Part shown: positions 40,756 to 49,922 of the stretch, piece after piece
Numbering within the stretch: the stretch's first letter is position 1
Layout of the letters: each line of letters starts with the position of its first letter
Assembly (NCBI GenBank): GCA_016839555.1
Contig: JAEOUA010000003.1
Span: forward strand, 1-64,000
Length of the DNA stretch: 64,000 nucleotides
Direction of reading: 5' to 3'
DNA from: Promethearchaeota archaeon
GTDB lineage: Archaea; Asgardarchaeota; Lokiarchaeia; Sigyniarchaeales; SOKP01
The notes under the pieces: generated by a model
The model's input: the letters and a program-made list of their open reading frames with translations, nothing else
Told to the model about the DNA's origin: nothing
The model's database searches: none
Translations under genes and position numbers: made by a program

Positions 40756-41190
40756 TTGAAAGATTTAAGAATTGATATTATTAAAACAAAATTAAAAATT
40801 ATCGAAGAAAATATTGAAATCGTTAAAAAATTCCTTCCAAATACTTTCAAAGAATTTAAATCTTTAGGATTATTAAAAGATGGCATATATAAGAAAATTG
40901 AGGCTTCTATTCAGGAGACATTAAAAATCTGTTCAATTATTAATGCTGACTTAAATTTAGGAATCCCAGCTAATAGAGAGGATATAATTTCTTCCTTGTT
41001 TGATAAAAAAATAATATCGAAAAAAATGAGAAAAATTATTCATGAATTAAAAGGATTTCGAAATTTTTTGGTTCATCGCTATGGGGAGATTAATGATAAG
41101 ATAGCATTTGATGATATTAAAAATGGTTTAGCAGATTTTAGTTTATTTAAAAAAGAAATAAATAATTTCTTAAATTCTCTTGATTTATAA
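40756..41190 (+). CDS. HEPN/DUF86 RNase toxin (HepT-type)
   Basis: FRNFLVHRY (Rx4H-x-Y); directly downstream of the MNT gene. Confidence 0.92.
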   Translation: MKDLRIDIIKTKLKIIEENIEIVKKFLPNTFKEFKSLGLLKDGIYKKIEASIQETLKICSIINADLNLGIPANREDIISSLFDKKIISKKMRKIIHELKGFRNFLVHRYGEINDKIAFDDIKNGLADFSLFKKEINNFLNSLDL

Positions 41191-41254
41191 GCTATACAAA
41201 AAAATAACGAAAATAAAAAAACATAATTAGTTGTAGAAATTGGGTTAATAAATT

Positions 41255-42007
41255 TTGAAGGCAATTATTTTGTGTGCAGGATATGGAAACAGGATGCTAC
41301 CTCTTACAAATAATTACCAAAAAAGTATGCTACCTATTCATGGGACTCCCCTTTTGGAATATATAATAGAGGGTCTTAAGTATGCTGGTTTTGAGGATTT
41401 GATTTTTGTAGTAGGATACCTTAAGGAACAGGTTATAAATTATTTTAATAAAGGGTCTCGTTTTAATATTAATATAGAATATGTGGAACAAACTGAATTA
41501 AATGGGACTGGTGGAGCCCTCTTATTATGCGAAGACTTGATTTTAGAAGAGCATTTTTTTCTTACTTGGGGAGATATTTTAGTTCCATATCTAATTTACA
41601 AAAAGGTTTATGATACATATAGAGAAGAGAAAAATGATTTTATTTTAGTTAGTAATTATCAAGAAAATCTTCAGAAAGGATGTGCTATTTATTGCGAAGG
41701 TAATTTTTGCACAAAAATGGTTGAAAAACCCCCTAAAAATGAGAGTGATGAAACTAAGTTAAATAATTGTGGGATTTTTATTTTGTCAAAAGATATTTTC
41801 GAAATCTTAAAAGAAATAAATTATTCGAAGAGAGGTGAACTTGAAATCCCAGACGCCATTAGTCGGGGTATACAAGAATATAATTGGAAAGTTAGAGTAA
41901 TTAAAATGAAAGATGGTGAATTTCGAGGGGATTTTGGAGATCCAGCAATTTATAAAAAGCTTAATGAAAAAAAAAATTGGTTAAATGATTTAAAACCTTC
42001 TCATTAA
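41255..42007 (+). CDS. Sugar-1-phosphate nucleotidyltransferase
   Basis: AIILCAGYGNRM.PLT...K.ML, EQ..LNGTGGA, WGD, EKP, S.RGELEI.DA. Confidence 0.92.
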   Translation: MKAIILCAGYGNRMLPLTNNYQKSMLPIHGTPLLEYIIEGLKYAGFEDLIFVVGYLKEQVINYFNKGSRFNINIEYVEQTELNGTGGALLLCEDLILEEHFFLTWGDILVPYLIYKKVYDTYREEKNDFILVSNYQENLQKGCAIYCEGNFCTKMVEKPPKNESDETKLNNCGIFILSKDIFEILKEINYSKRGELEIPDAISRGIQEYNWKVRVIKMKDGEFRGDFGDPAIYKKLNEKKNWLNDLKPSH

Positions 42008-42103
42008 ATTTTAGCATCATTATCTAATCAGTGTATTTATATATTCAATCTGTCAATTCTATAAGTATAATCATCTATAATTTGTTAGAGAAAAATATAT
42101 TAC

Positions 42104-42301
42104 CTAATGATCTTTTTTTTTAATTCTCTTACAATCAGCAACACAATAATGCCAAATTGCCTCGACTAAAAAAAATATAGATAGAAAACCAAATACCGCT
42201 GACCACCACTCAGAGCGAAAAAAAGACCAAACTAGAACTAAAATCATCCCGGTAACCAATAAAACTGAACCATGTATCTCTAAACTCATTATATCGTCCA
42301 T
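42104..42301 (-). CDS. Small 2-TM protein
   Basis: Two hydrophobic helices and a basic tail; GTGGT SD-like sequence upstream. Confidence 0.55.
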   Translation of the reverse strand: MDDIMSLEIHGSVLLVTGMILVLVWSFFRSEWWSAVFGFLSIFFLVEAIWHYCVADCKRIKKKDH

Positions 42302-42428
42302 TTTTTAACCACTATATTCATGATAAGATTATATAATATACATAAAAGATATTTGATGATAAAAAATATTTGGAAATTTTAAAAATGAAGAGGTATTGGA
42401 AATTTTTTATGTAAAAAAAATAGGAATT

Positions 42429-42836
42429 TTAATTGATAAAAATATCATTAAAATCCATATCTAATAATTCTGAAATCTTTTTTAAAAAATCTTCGTTGAA
42501 TGCTTCAGACAGTTCTTCTTCATTGATTTCAGTTAAGGATAATAATTTGCTATAGGAAATTTCTAACTTTTCAGCTATCATTTTGGATTCTTTTACAGAT
42601 AAAGATTCGATTTTATCTTTAATTATTGGCACTCTGAAAAAGATTTCATTTAAAGGTTTTTCTAATACCTCGGAAATTTTAAAAGATAAGGTAAGAGAGG
42701 GATTATAATCGCTATTTTCTAGATAATAAATAGTTTGACGAGAAACACCCACGCGGTCTGCTAACTCTTGTTGAGTTAAGCCCTTTTCCTCACGAAATTC
42801 TTTCACACGTGTTTTAATTCTTTTCTTGAATTTCAA
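42429..42836 (-). CDS. XRE-family HTH transcriptional regulator
   Basis: LTQQELADRVGVSRQTIYYLE...YNPSL.L..KI. Confidence 0.92.
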   Translation of the reverse strand: MKFKKRIKTRVKEFREEKGLTQQELADRVGVSRQTIYYLENSDYNPSLTLSFKISEVLEKPLNEIFFRVPIIKDKIESLSVKESKMIAEKLEISYSKLLSLTEINEEELSEAFNEDFLKKISELLDMDFNDIFIN

Positions 42837-42920
42837 GTGTTCCTCACCCAGAGATTTTAGTTAAAAAATTTTAATTGATTATTTTGAAAAGAATAAAAAA
42901 ATATATAATATTTAAAAAAA

Positions 42921-43748
42921 CTAACGCATTTTAAATAAATCTTCTATTTCACAGTTTAGAACTTCTGCTATCTTATAAGCTAGCAATAAGCTTGGATTAT
43001 ATCTTCCTTCTTCCAAGTAATTGATAGTTTGAACAGGAACTCCGACCTTTTCAGCTAATTTTCCAGGAGATAGGTTTTCTTTTTCTCTCAATTCCTTTAT
43101 CTTCGTTTCTAATTTTTCACCACCTCTCATCTTTGAAAGGATGTAGCTAATAAAATTATCAAATGCTAATTCTTCGGGTTTAAAAATTTTATCTTCCAAT
43201 CCACTTGGAATTCCAGCATACTTTGTGATCATTTCATTTATTTTATTCTCAATATTTCGAGGCTCTTTTAATCCTGGAATGAATCCTTCGGGTTTAACTA
43301 CACCTCCTCCTTGAGCTGATTGTGCTGCTGCTGAAGAACCTGCTGTCTCAATTTTCACAGTAAATAAATCATACATCCGATCAAATACCCCATTCACAAT
43401 GTTAATATTTTGAATTCTACTATAAGGAATCGTAGCTCGAGTCTTAGTGAATACACCATGATTTATCACGATGTTTTCTTTCGAAAAGGTATAATAGAAG
43501 TTTCTTATATAAGCCTTTAAATAGGAATTCGCTGAAATCACGATCATCAAGTATGGGATTATTACAGTTGTAAGTATTAATATGATCACCAATATGGTAA
43601 ATTTTCCTGCAAATATTAATATCAAAAGATAAATCACCAGGATGGGGCCAAATAAGAATGCCCATATACCGATATTTATTTTTACTAGTTCCTTTTTCTT
43701 ATAACTATAATCTATAGTTCCTTCATAAGATTCTTTTTTTTCATTCAT
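42921..43748 (-). CDS. Membrane bPH_2 (YdbS-like) protein fused to a C-terminal XRE HTH
   Basis: Two TM helices, HGVFT...TIPYSRIQNI....G.FDR.Y.L....IETAG, then LAEKVGVPVQTINYLEEGRYNPSL. Confidence 0.88.
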   Translation of the reverse strand: MNEKKESYEGTIDYSYKKKELVKINIGIWAFLFGPILVIYLLILIFAGKFTILVIILILTTVIIPYLMIVISANSYLKAYIRNFYYTFSKENIVINHGVFTKTRATIPYSRIQNINIVNGVFDRMYDLFTVKIETAGSSAAAQSAQGGGVVKPEGFIPGLKEPRNIENKINEMITKYAGIPSGLEDKIFKPEELAFDNFISYILSKMRGGEKLETKIKELREKENLSPGKLAEKVGVPVQTINYLEEGRYNPSLLLAYKIAEVLNCEIEDLFKMR

Positions 43749-43775
43749 TTTTTTTGATCACTCTTTTTTTTCAAT

Positions 43776-43811
43776 TGTAAGTTAAATATTACATGTAAAA
43801 TATATTCAACA
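43776..43811. promoter_or_regulatory. Two abutting 18-bp TGT-N12-ACA operator-like sites (third site at 43937-43954)
   Basis: TGTAAGTTAAATATTACA and TGTAAAATATATTCAACA lie between the minus-strand TATA (TTTAAATA, 43816-43823) and the start codon. Confidence 0.55.
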
Positions 43812-44081
43812 CTTATATTTAAATCTTTCGATCCTATATAAAAAAATTTTTTTTTATCAATTTTCTATCAATCATAAAGTTTACATTATATAAAATTCTA
43901 ATAAAAAAATTAAAATTAAGTATTTTTAATAAATATTGTATAGTTTATTTAACAATTGAAAATAATATTGAAAAATATTAGAGAAAAAATCCAGAAAAGA
44001 AATAATATGTCTCAGGTTCGGACAGAACCATAGAGATTAAATCCTATCATTTTTCGATTTAATCCGTAAGATTTAATATAT

Positions 44082-44222
44082 CTATTTTTTTCGTTTTTTA
44101 GTTTTCTTTTTTTTGAAATAATCTTTAAGTCTACGAGTGCAAAAAAGCAACCCATCGATTAATCCTCATCCCGTACATGATATTTTTTCTTTTGGATCAT
44201 ATTCAAATTCTTCAAAATTCAT
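44082..44222 (-). CDS. Candidate 46-aa selenoprotein with CxxU (not in ORF track)
   Basis: MNFEEFEYDPKEKISCTG-UGA-GLIDGLLFCTRRLKDYFKKKKTKKRKK*. UGA at 44166-44168; own TATA, SD-like GAGTTGA and 3' hairpins. Confidence 0.55.
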
Positions 44223-44542
44223 TTTATTATCAATCAACTCTTTTTAATATAATAGTTAGTTCAGATAATCTCAAAATACATATAAAAACAATTTTTATAT
44301 ATAATAAGAATTTTGAAATAAAGTAAATGAAAATTAATCTCGTGATTTAATAAGGTTTATGTAAGTAGTATCTTTAAGAAATTTAAACTAAAAGCCTAAA
44401 TTTTTTTCCTCTATTCTTATTTATTTATTTTATTTAAAGAGTTGAGAAATACTGGTAAGATCATTATTAATTAAAATAGATATTTTTAATAATTGGATTA
44501 TAAATGTTTTAATTAGGAATAACATTTCTTATAAGTAATGAA

Positions 44543-45157
44543 ATGATTAAAGTAGGTGAAATTATGAGTAATAATCATCCATATGAACGGCATTATAAAA
44601 AAGAAAAATATGAATCTTCTATGGGAGCATTTGGTGTTGGTCTGGTGTTTTTATTTGTAGCAATAATTAGTCTTGTATTTATTGCATTAGATATTGAATT
44701 CATGGGTTTAAGAGCATGGGGGTATTGGTTATTTATCCCCGCATTCTTTATTATATTGGGTGGTTTCTCCCAACTTTACACGAATTATCAATATAAAAAA
44801 GCAGTAAAAGCGGCAATTGCGGAAAGAAATTATCAAGGAACGCATAAACTTGAAAATTTAGCCTTAGAAGTAGGAATTAAACCTTCAGATATACTTCAAA
44901 TCTTACTTAAATTGAGAGAGAAAGGGGAAATTCGCTATAAATTTAATCCAAGTACTGGAGAAATTGTACTCGGTCAACAAGTGAAATATGAACCAGTAGA
45001 AGAATTTAAGAGAATTCCGCAGCCAATAAAAAGAGAAGAAAAGGAAAAGCCTAAAGAAGAAGTAATAGTATCAGGTAAGAAGATATATTGTCCATATTGT
45101 GGGCATAATATTCGAGAAGGAGCTAATTTTTGTGAAAATTGTGGCTCGCAACTTTAG
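44543..45157 (+). CDS. 2-TM + wHTH-like + C-terminal double zinc-ribbon protein
   Basis: CPYCG...ANFCENCG; likely start ATG 44564 after SD AGGTGA. Confidence 0.8.
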   Translation: MIKVGEIMSNNHPYERHYKKEKYESSMGAFGVGLVFLFVAIISLVFIALDIEFMGLRAWGYWLFIPAFFIILGGFSQLYTNYQYKKAVKAAIAERNYQGTHKLENLALEVGIKPSDILQILLKLREKGEIRYKFNPSTGEIVLGQQVKYEPVEEFKRIPQPIKREEKEKPKEEVIVSGKKIYCPYCGHNIREGANFCENCGSQL

Positions 45158-45382
45158 TATTATAGATTTTTTTTATTTTTTAATATAACATTAATTAGAT
45201 CATTATTTTAGAAATATTGATTATATTTTTTATCAGTAAAAACAGTTCTTTGAAGGAGTATTTAAGGTTTATCTTAATCCCGAAAACTATGCCGAAACTT
45301 GTGATTTTTATGAAAAGATGCGTTCTTTACAGCAAAAATATTTGAAAGAAAAAAAAAAATAATCTTATAATTCTTTTATATA

Positions 45383-46246
45383 CTAATTATCTTGTTCTTT
45401 CTCTAGGTCCCGATTAATCTTTTTTACCGTCAACATGGATGCTGAAACGTACCAAACAGTAAGGGAAGACATCAATAGCCATTTCCACACTGGAGCCCAT
45501 TGCCAAGGTGGTAAATATGTCCAGAAATTATCTGTGTACCATAAATAAGGTACTGTATAGAAAAAGAAAAAGAATATTGGGGTTAATATCCAAGTATTAA
45601 TTACAAATAATACTCGCAATATGGTTGAATGTGTAATTCCAATCTGTTCTTCAAGAATATCAGGAAATATTATATAATGTGAAGATACCAGAATTCCACT
45701 AATCATGAAAAAAGAAAACGCAAAATCAGCTACGATGTCATGCCAAGGTATACCAATTGGAAATAATTTATCCCACACTTCTCCAACATCCTCAGAGAGG
45801 ACACCTGTTAAAAATAAACCCCCCATTGCTATTAACATGCAGAATACAGTTACATTCCCAAGTATTTTTCGTAATAATTTTGGATTATCTCCTATTAGTA
45901 TTTTTTTCATATATAAAGAGGGAGGAATCGTTAATAGCGCAGTATTCATCATCCCATAATTAATAATGATTGGCATTGGCGTTAGATCCTGGTTACCCAA
46001 ATCACTTATATAATTAATAGCGGGATTATATCCGGCAGGATCATAAAAGGGTCCGGCAGGATCAAATTGTCCAATCAAAATTGCGATAAGGACACAAGAT
46101 ACCCATATAAACGTCGCAGCAATATATGATAACTTAACCACTTTTGGGCTAGTTAGATACTGATAAAAATTATAAATATGATCTCTAAATTTCATATTCA
46201 CTAGGAAAAGTAGTATATTTAATAAATATGAGTAATCTAATACCAA
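45383..46246 (-). CDS. DUF998-like membrane protein
   Basis: YNP..NYISDLG, G.LSED, H...A..AF; start probably at MKFRD. Confidence 0.75.
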   Translation of the reverse strand: MVLDYSYLLNILLFLVNMKFRDHIYNFYQYLTSPKVVKLSYIAATFIWVSCVLIAILIGQFDPAGPFYDPAGYNPAINYISDLGNQDLTPMPIIINYGMMNTALLTIPPSLYMKKILIGDNPKLLRKILGNVTVFCMLIAMGGLFLTGVLSEDVGEVWDKLFPIGIPWHDIVADFAFSFFMISGILVSSHYIIFPDILEEQIGITHSTILRVLFVINTWILTPIFFFFFYTVPYLWYTDNFWTYLPPWQWAPVWKWLLMSSLTVWYVSASMLTVKKINRDLEKEQDN

Positions 46247-46346
46247 GAAATAACTTAATTTCTAAAAAAAATATTAGTAAAAATATTAGTATTATTAATA
46301 TTAATAACAATTATTTAAATAGATCTAATTCTAAGGAGATATAGAA

Positions 46347-47480
46347 ATGATAAAAATGATAAAGCAAGATAAGTTTCCACAAGAATGCCAAGAATATATG
46401 ACCCCTAAAGAAAGAATAATGGGTCTTATAATGCGAAAAAAACTAGATAGGATCCCAGTTTTCCCATTTGTTTCCGCGGCGGCTGCTCAGATTCTAAATT
46501 TGAACTATGGAGAATATGCAAAGAAGCCAGATTTATTTCTGCGTGCTCAAGTAGAAGCGCAAAGACTTATTGGTTACGATGCGATTACTGCTATTCCGGA
46601 TCTATGTGTTGAGGCGCAGGGGTTTGGCGCAAAAATTATTTATCCAGATAATAATGCGGCATACCCAGATCCATATAATCCTATTATAAAATCTCCGAGT
46701 GAATATAAAAATATTGATAAATTATTCGATTGGTCTCATGCAGACCGCATGAAGAATCAAATTGAAGTGGTAAGAACTATAAACGAGCAATTACCAGAGA
46801 TGATGATAGGGGGTTTCTCGATTGGTCCTCTCGGGCTTATTTCAAGGTTACGCAATGCTAACGAACTATTGCGGGATTTTGTTCATAATAAAGACAAACT
46901 TCACGATGCTTGTGAAAAAGTGGTTGAAATTCAAATTGAATATATTGAAAAGCAAATCGAGGCAGGAGCTAGAACTATTATGCTTCCGGTCGTTTTAGCT
47001 GAAAGGGAACTAATGAGCAAAGAAATGTGGCTAGAATTAGATATGCCATACCAAGCAAGAATAGCTAAATTTATAAAGAGAAAAAGGGCTCTCTATGCGG
47101 TTCATACATGTGGTCGAGGTCCTTATTTCGATCTTCTCATTGAGCATCTCGGACCAGTAGTCATCCAAAACGCTTTTTTACCGGATGGCGTTAAGACCGA
47201 AGAAGAAATGGTCGAAAAATATGGTAAAAAGTTAGTTTTCCTAGGTTTTTTAAGTGTTGCGTTACTTGCTTGGTCAAGTCCAAGTGAAGTTATAGCAGAG
47301 TGTAAAAGACAAATTGATGTCTTTGGAAAGTCTCCTGCTGGCTATATACTTGGAGCATCATGCGAATATCCTCCATATGCACCATTGTATAACGCGATGG
47401 CAGTTGTTAAAGCAGCTAGGATGTATGGGGCAAATTTTAAAAAAGGAGAAGGACCTAATTATGAAGGGGAGGATGTGTAG
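46347..47480 (+). CDS. URO-D fold corrinoid methyltransferase (MtaA/CmuA family)
   Basis: MTPKERI, DRIPVFP, VEAQGFG, Zn ligands HTCG and GASCE. Confidence 0.9.
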   Translation: MIKMIKQDKFPQECQEYMTPKERIMGLIMRKKLDRIPVFPFVSAAAAQILNLNYGEYAKKPDLFLRAQVEAQRLIGYDAITAIPDLCVEAQGFGAKIIYPDNNAAYPDPYNPIIKSPSEYKNIDKLFDWSHADRMKNQIEVVRTINEQLPEMMIGGFSIGPLGLISRLRNANELLRDFVHNKDKLHDACEKVVEIQIEYIEKQIEAGARTIMLPVVLAERELMSKEMWLELDMPYQARIAKFIKRKRALYAVHTCGRGPYFDLLIEHLGPVVIQNAFLPDGVKTEEEMVEKYGKKLVFLGFLSVALLAWSSPSEVIAECKRQIDVFGKSPAGYILGASCEYPPYAPLYNAMAVVKAARMYGANFKKGEGPNYEGEDV

Positions 47481-47485
47481 AAAAA

Positions 47486-48130
47486 ATGTCAAAAGAAGAG
47501 ATTTTATTAAAGCTTAAAGAAAGCGTGATTGATTACGACTGCGAGGCGGCAAAAGAAACTGCTAAGGAAGCCTTGGAAGCAGGAATCGATCCTATAGAAG
47601 CTTTGAAGGAGGGTCTTTATTTAGGTTTAAAAGAAGTATGCGATCAATATGAAGATACTGTCTTCCCAACTGATATGATATTAGCGTCTGATGCTTTTTA
47701 CGAGGGTTTTGACGTTTTAAAATCCAGCATAGATCCGGAAAAAGCAGATAAGATGAAGAAAGGAACAGCAGTCATTGGTGTTGTAGAAGGCGATGTGCAT
47801 GACCTTGGAAAGAATATCGTAAAGTATTTAATGGAAGCTGAAGGATTTGAAATTCACGATTTAGGTTTTGATGTAAAGGCTGAGAAATTTATAGAAGAAG
47901 CCGAAAAATACGACGCAGATCTGATCCTAATCTCTCTCATGTTAAGTTCAATGTACCCACAAATTAAAAAAATTGTTGAATTGGCTAAAAACAAGGGTTT
48001 GAAAGCAAAAATTATGGCGGGAGGAGGTCCAGTATCAGAAAAAATAGCCTTTAAATATGGCGCCGATGGCTGGGCTCTTACAGCTCCTTTAGCCGTCAAA
48101 AAAGCGTTAGATTTGCTTAATAAACCTTAA
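47486..48130 (+). CDS. Corrinoid (B12-binding) protein
   Basis: GVVEGDVHDLGKNIV (DxHxxG), DLG.DV, GGGP, GAD. Confidence 0.95.
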   Translation: MSKEEILLKLKESVIDYDCEAAKETAKEALEAGIDPIEALKEGLYLGLKEVCDQYEDTVFPTDMILASDAFYEGFDVLKSSIDPEKADKMKKGTAVIGVVEGDVHDLGKNIVKYLMEAEGFEIHDLGFDVKAEKFIEEAEKYDADLILISLMLSSMYPQIKKIVELAKNKGLKAKIMAGGGPVSEKIAFKYGADGWALTAPLAVKKALDLLNKP

Positions 48131-48163
48131 AAGTTCAAATATAATTAAACTCTATTTTATTAT

Positions 48164-48568
48164 TTGTATATAAAAATGCTTTTAACCCCTAATAAGATTT
48201 ACGAAGATTTTAGAAATAATAATTTGGATAAAACTACTGCGTCAAAATTGTTAATATCGTTGATAGATAATAGTAAAAATGATGTTATTAGAGTTAATTG
48301 CGTTGAAATTATTGAAAAAATCGGGCATAAGGACCAAAAAATTTTCAAATTTTTAGAAAACTTATTGATATCATACGCAAATAAACAAGTCAGGTTAGCG
48401 GCTATTAATGTAATTAAAAGTAACTTCCTAAATAAAGCTCTGCCACCAATGATCTGGGCTATTCAGAACGAATCTTCAATCCATTGTTTAAAAGTGATTA
48501 ATTCGGCTTTAATTAGAATAATAGAAAGCTTAGTGAATAGTTATTTGATTTTTGCAATTCTTTTCTAA
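48164..48568 (+). CDS. HEAT-repeat protein, possibly truncated
   Basis: FKFLENLLIS.....VRLAAI; short for this family. Confidence 0.55.
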   Translation: MYIKMLLTPNKIYEDFRNNNLDKTTASKLLISLIDNSKNDVIRVNCVEIIEKIGHKDQKIFKFLENLLISYANKQVRLAAINVIKSNFLNKALPPMIWAIQNESSIHCLKVINSALIRIIESLVNSYLIFAILF

Positions 48569-48648
48569 TTTGCAAAATTTTTATCCTTTTTTTAGCTTAT
48601 AATCAAAATAAGATTATAACTATATATATAAGAACTATGAAAGAATTA

Positions 48649-49836
48649 TTATACATATTCAATTGTCCCGGGAGGTTTAGGTGTAATATCATAATACACA
48701 GACTTTATTTCATTAAGGATAAGCAATTTCGATGCTATTTTACGTAAAAATAATATTGGTAGATTTGTTACAGTAGCAGTACGCGCATCTATACTATTGA
48801 TGCATCTTATAGCAATATCAAATTTTCCATTTGGACTAATTTCTAATTCATATAGTAATCTTGAAAAACCTTTAATAGTAGAGGCAAGAGTAATTAAATT
48901 ATCATAATCCCATTTTCCTTTTATTGCCAGTGGAAATTCATAAGTTCGTTTTCCCTCAATCATTCCTGTAACTTTGGTATCCAATATCTCTTCACTTATA
49001 GCAGCAAATACTTGAAAAGGTTCTTGTTCACCTAAGTTGTTAATTATCATTGGCCTCCCGTATTTCCTTATATAATAATCTTCAATAAAAGATTCAACAA
49101 TGTCATGAACTTTTTTCTCAACAGAAAGATTTTCTTCTGTAACAGCTCCAATTATTCTTGTTGCCAGTGCCGGACCTGGAAAAGCTTTTCGATAAATTAA
49201 TTCTTGAGGCATATCCAAATATTTTAGAAGCTCTCGAATCTCATCTTTAGTCAAACTTGCGACAGGCTGGATTGTGGCCTCTACATCGTATTCAATAGCT
49301 AAATTATGCTGACTTTTTATAAACCCATCCTTATGATTTTCCATTAAGTTTTGTTCTTCTTTCAGAGACATCGTTTCTTTTAAATCGTTTATTCTGACCC
49401 CAAAAGATTCTTCTATATCGGGAAGTATGGTACCATCTGCTAATAAATCACAGTCTTCCTCTTTTATTACCTTGCTAATAATGTGGGAATAGGCGTCTTT
49501 AAAGAGCTTTCTTTTCTTTTCAGCATCTTCTACACCATATATTTTTGGTAAAAATTCATTTCTAATATCAATAACTTTAACATTTGGAAATAAATTTTTA
49601 ATATATTCCCGCTCTTCTCTTTCCTTAATAATTCTCATCAGTCCATGGTCTATAAATACGGGAATTGTTTCAATATTTGCCCTCTCTAATAAGAGATAGG
49701 TAATTGAGCTGTCTATTCCTCCCGAGAGAGCACAAAAAACCTTTTTATCTTTCGCATACTTTCTTAAAAATTTGATTGCCTCATTAATGAATTGTTCTGA
49801 ATTTTTAAAAAAAGATATTAAACGGTGATTGAGCAT
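48649..49836 (-). CDS. guaAB: GMP synthase subunit B (ATP pyrophosphatase)
   Basis: ALSGGIDS, DHGLMR, GTILPD, IKSQHN, FPGPALA.R, YDITPKPPGTIE. Confidence 0.92.
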   Translation of the reverse strand: MLNHRLISFFKNSEQFINEAIKFLRKYAKDKKVFCALSGGIDSSITYLLLERANIETIPVFIDHGLMRIIKEREEREYIKNLFPNVKVIDIRNEFLPKIYGVEDAEKKRKLFKDAYSHIISKVIKEEDCDLLADGTILPDIEESFGVRINDLKETMSLKEEQNLMENHKDGFIKSQHNLAIEYDVEATIQPVASLTKDEIRELLKYLDMPQELIYRKAFPGPALATRIIGAVTEENLSVEKKVHDIVESFIEDYYIRKYGRPMIINNLGEQEPFQVFAAISEEILDTKVTGMIEGKRTYEFPLAIKGKWDYDNLITLASTIKGFSRLLYELEISPNGKFDIAIRCINSIDARTATVTNLPILFLRKIASKLLILNEIKSVYYDITPKPPGTIEYV

Positions 49837-49922
49837 GAGTTTTATTAAGATTTTCTATTTTTTTAAATTTCAGATAATATTTATTAAGAAAATATTAAAA
49901 AATTTCTTTATTTTTATGAGCG

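Noticed and set aside
44011-44030. GGTTCG resembling a tRNA T-arm
   Set aside because: No cloverleaf or acceptor stem; it is a simple hairpin.
45240-45362. Startless frame KQFFEGVFKVYLNPENYAETCDFYEKMR...
   Set aside because: No start codon before the motif-like part and no recognisable family; at most a remnant.
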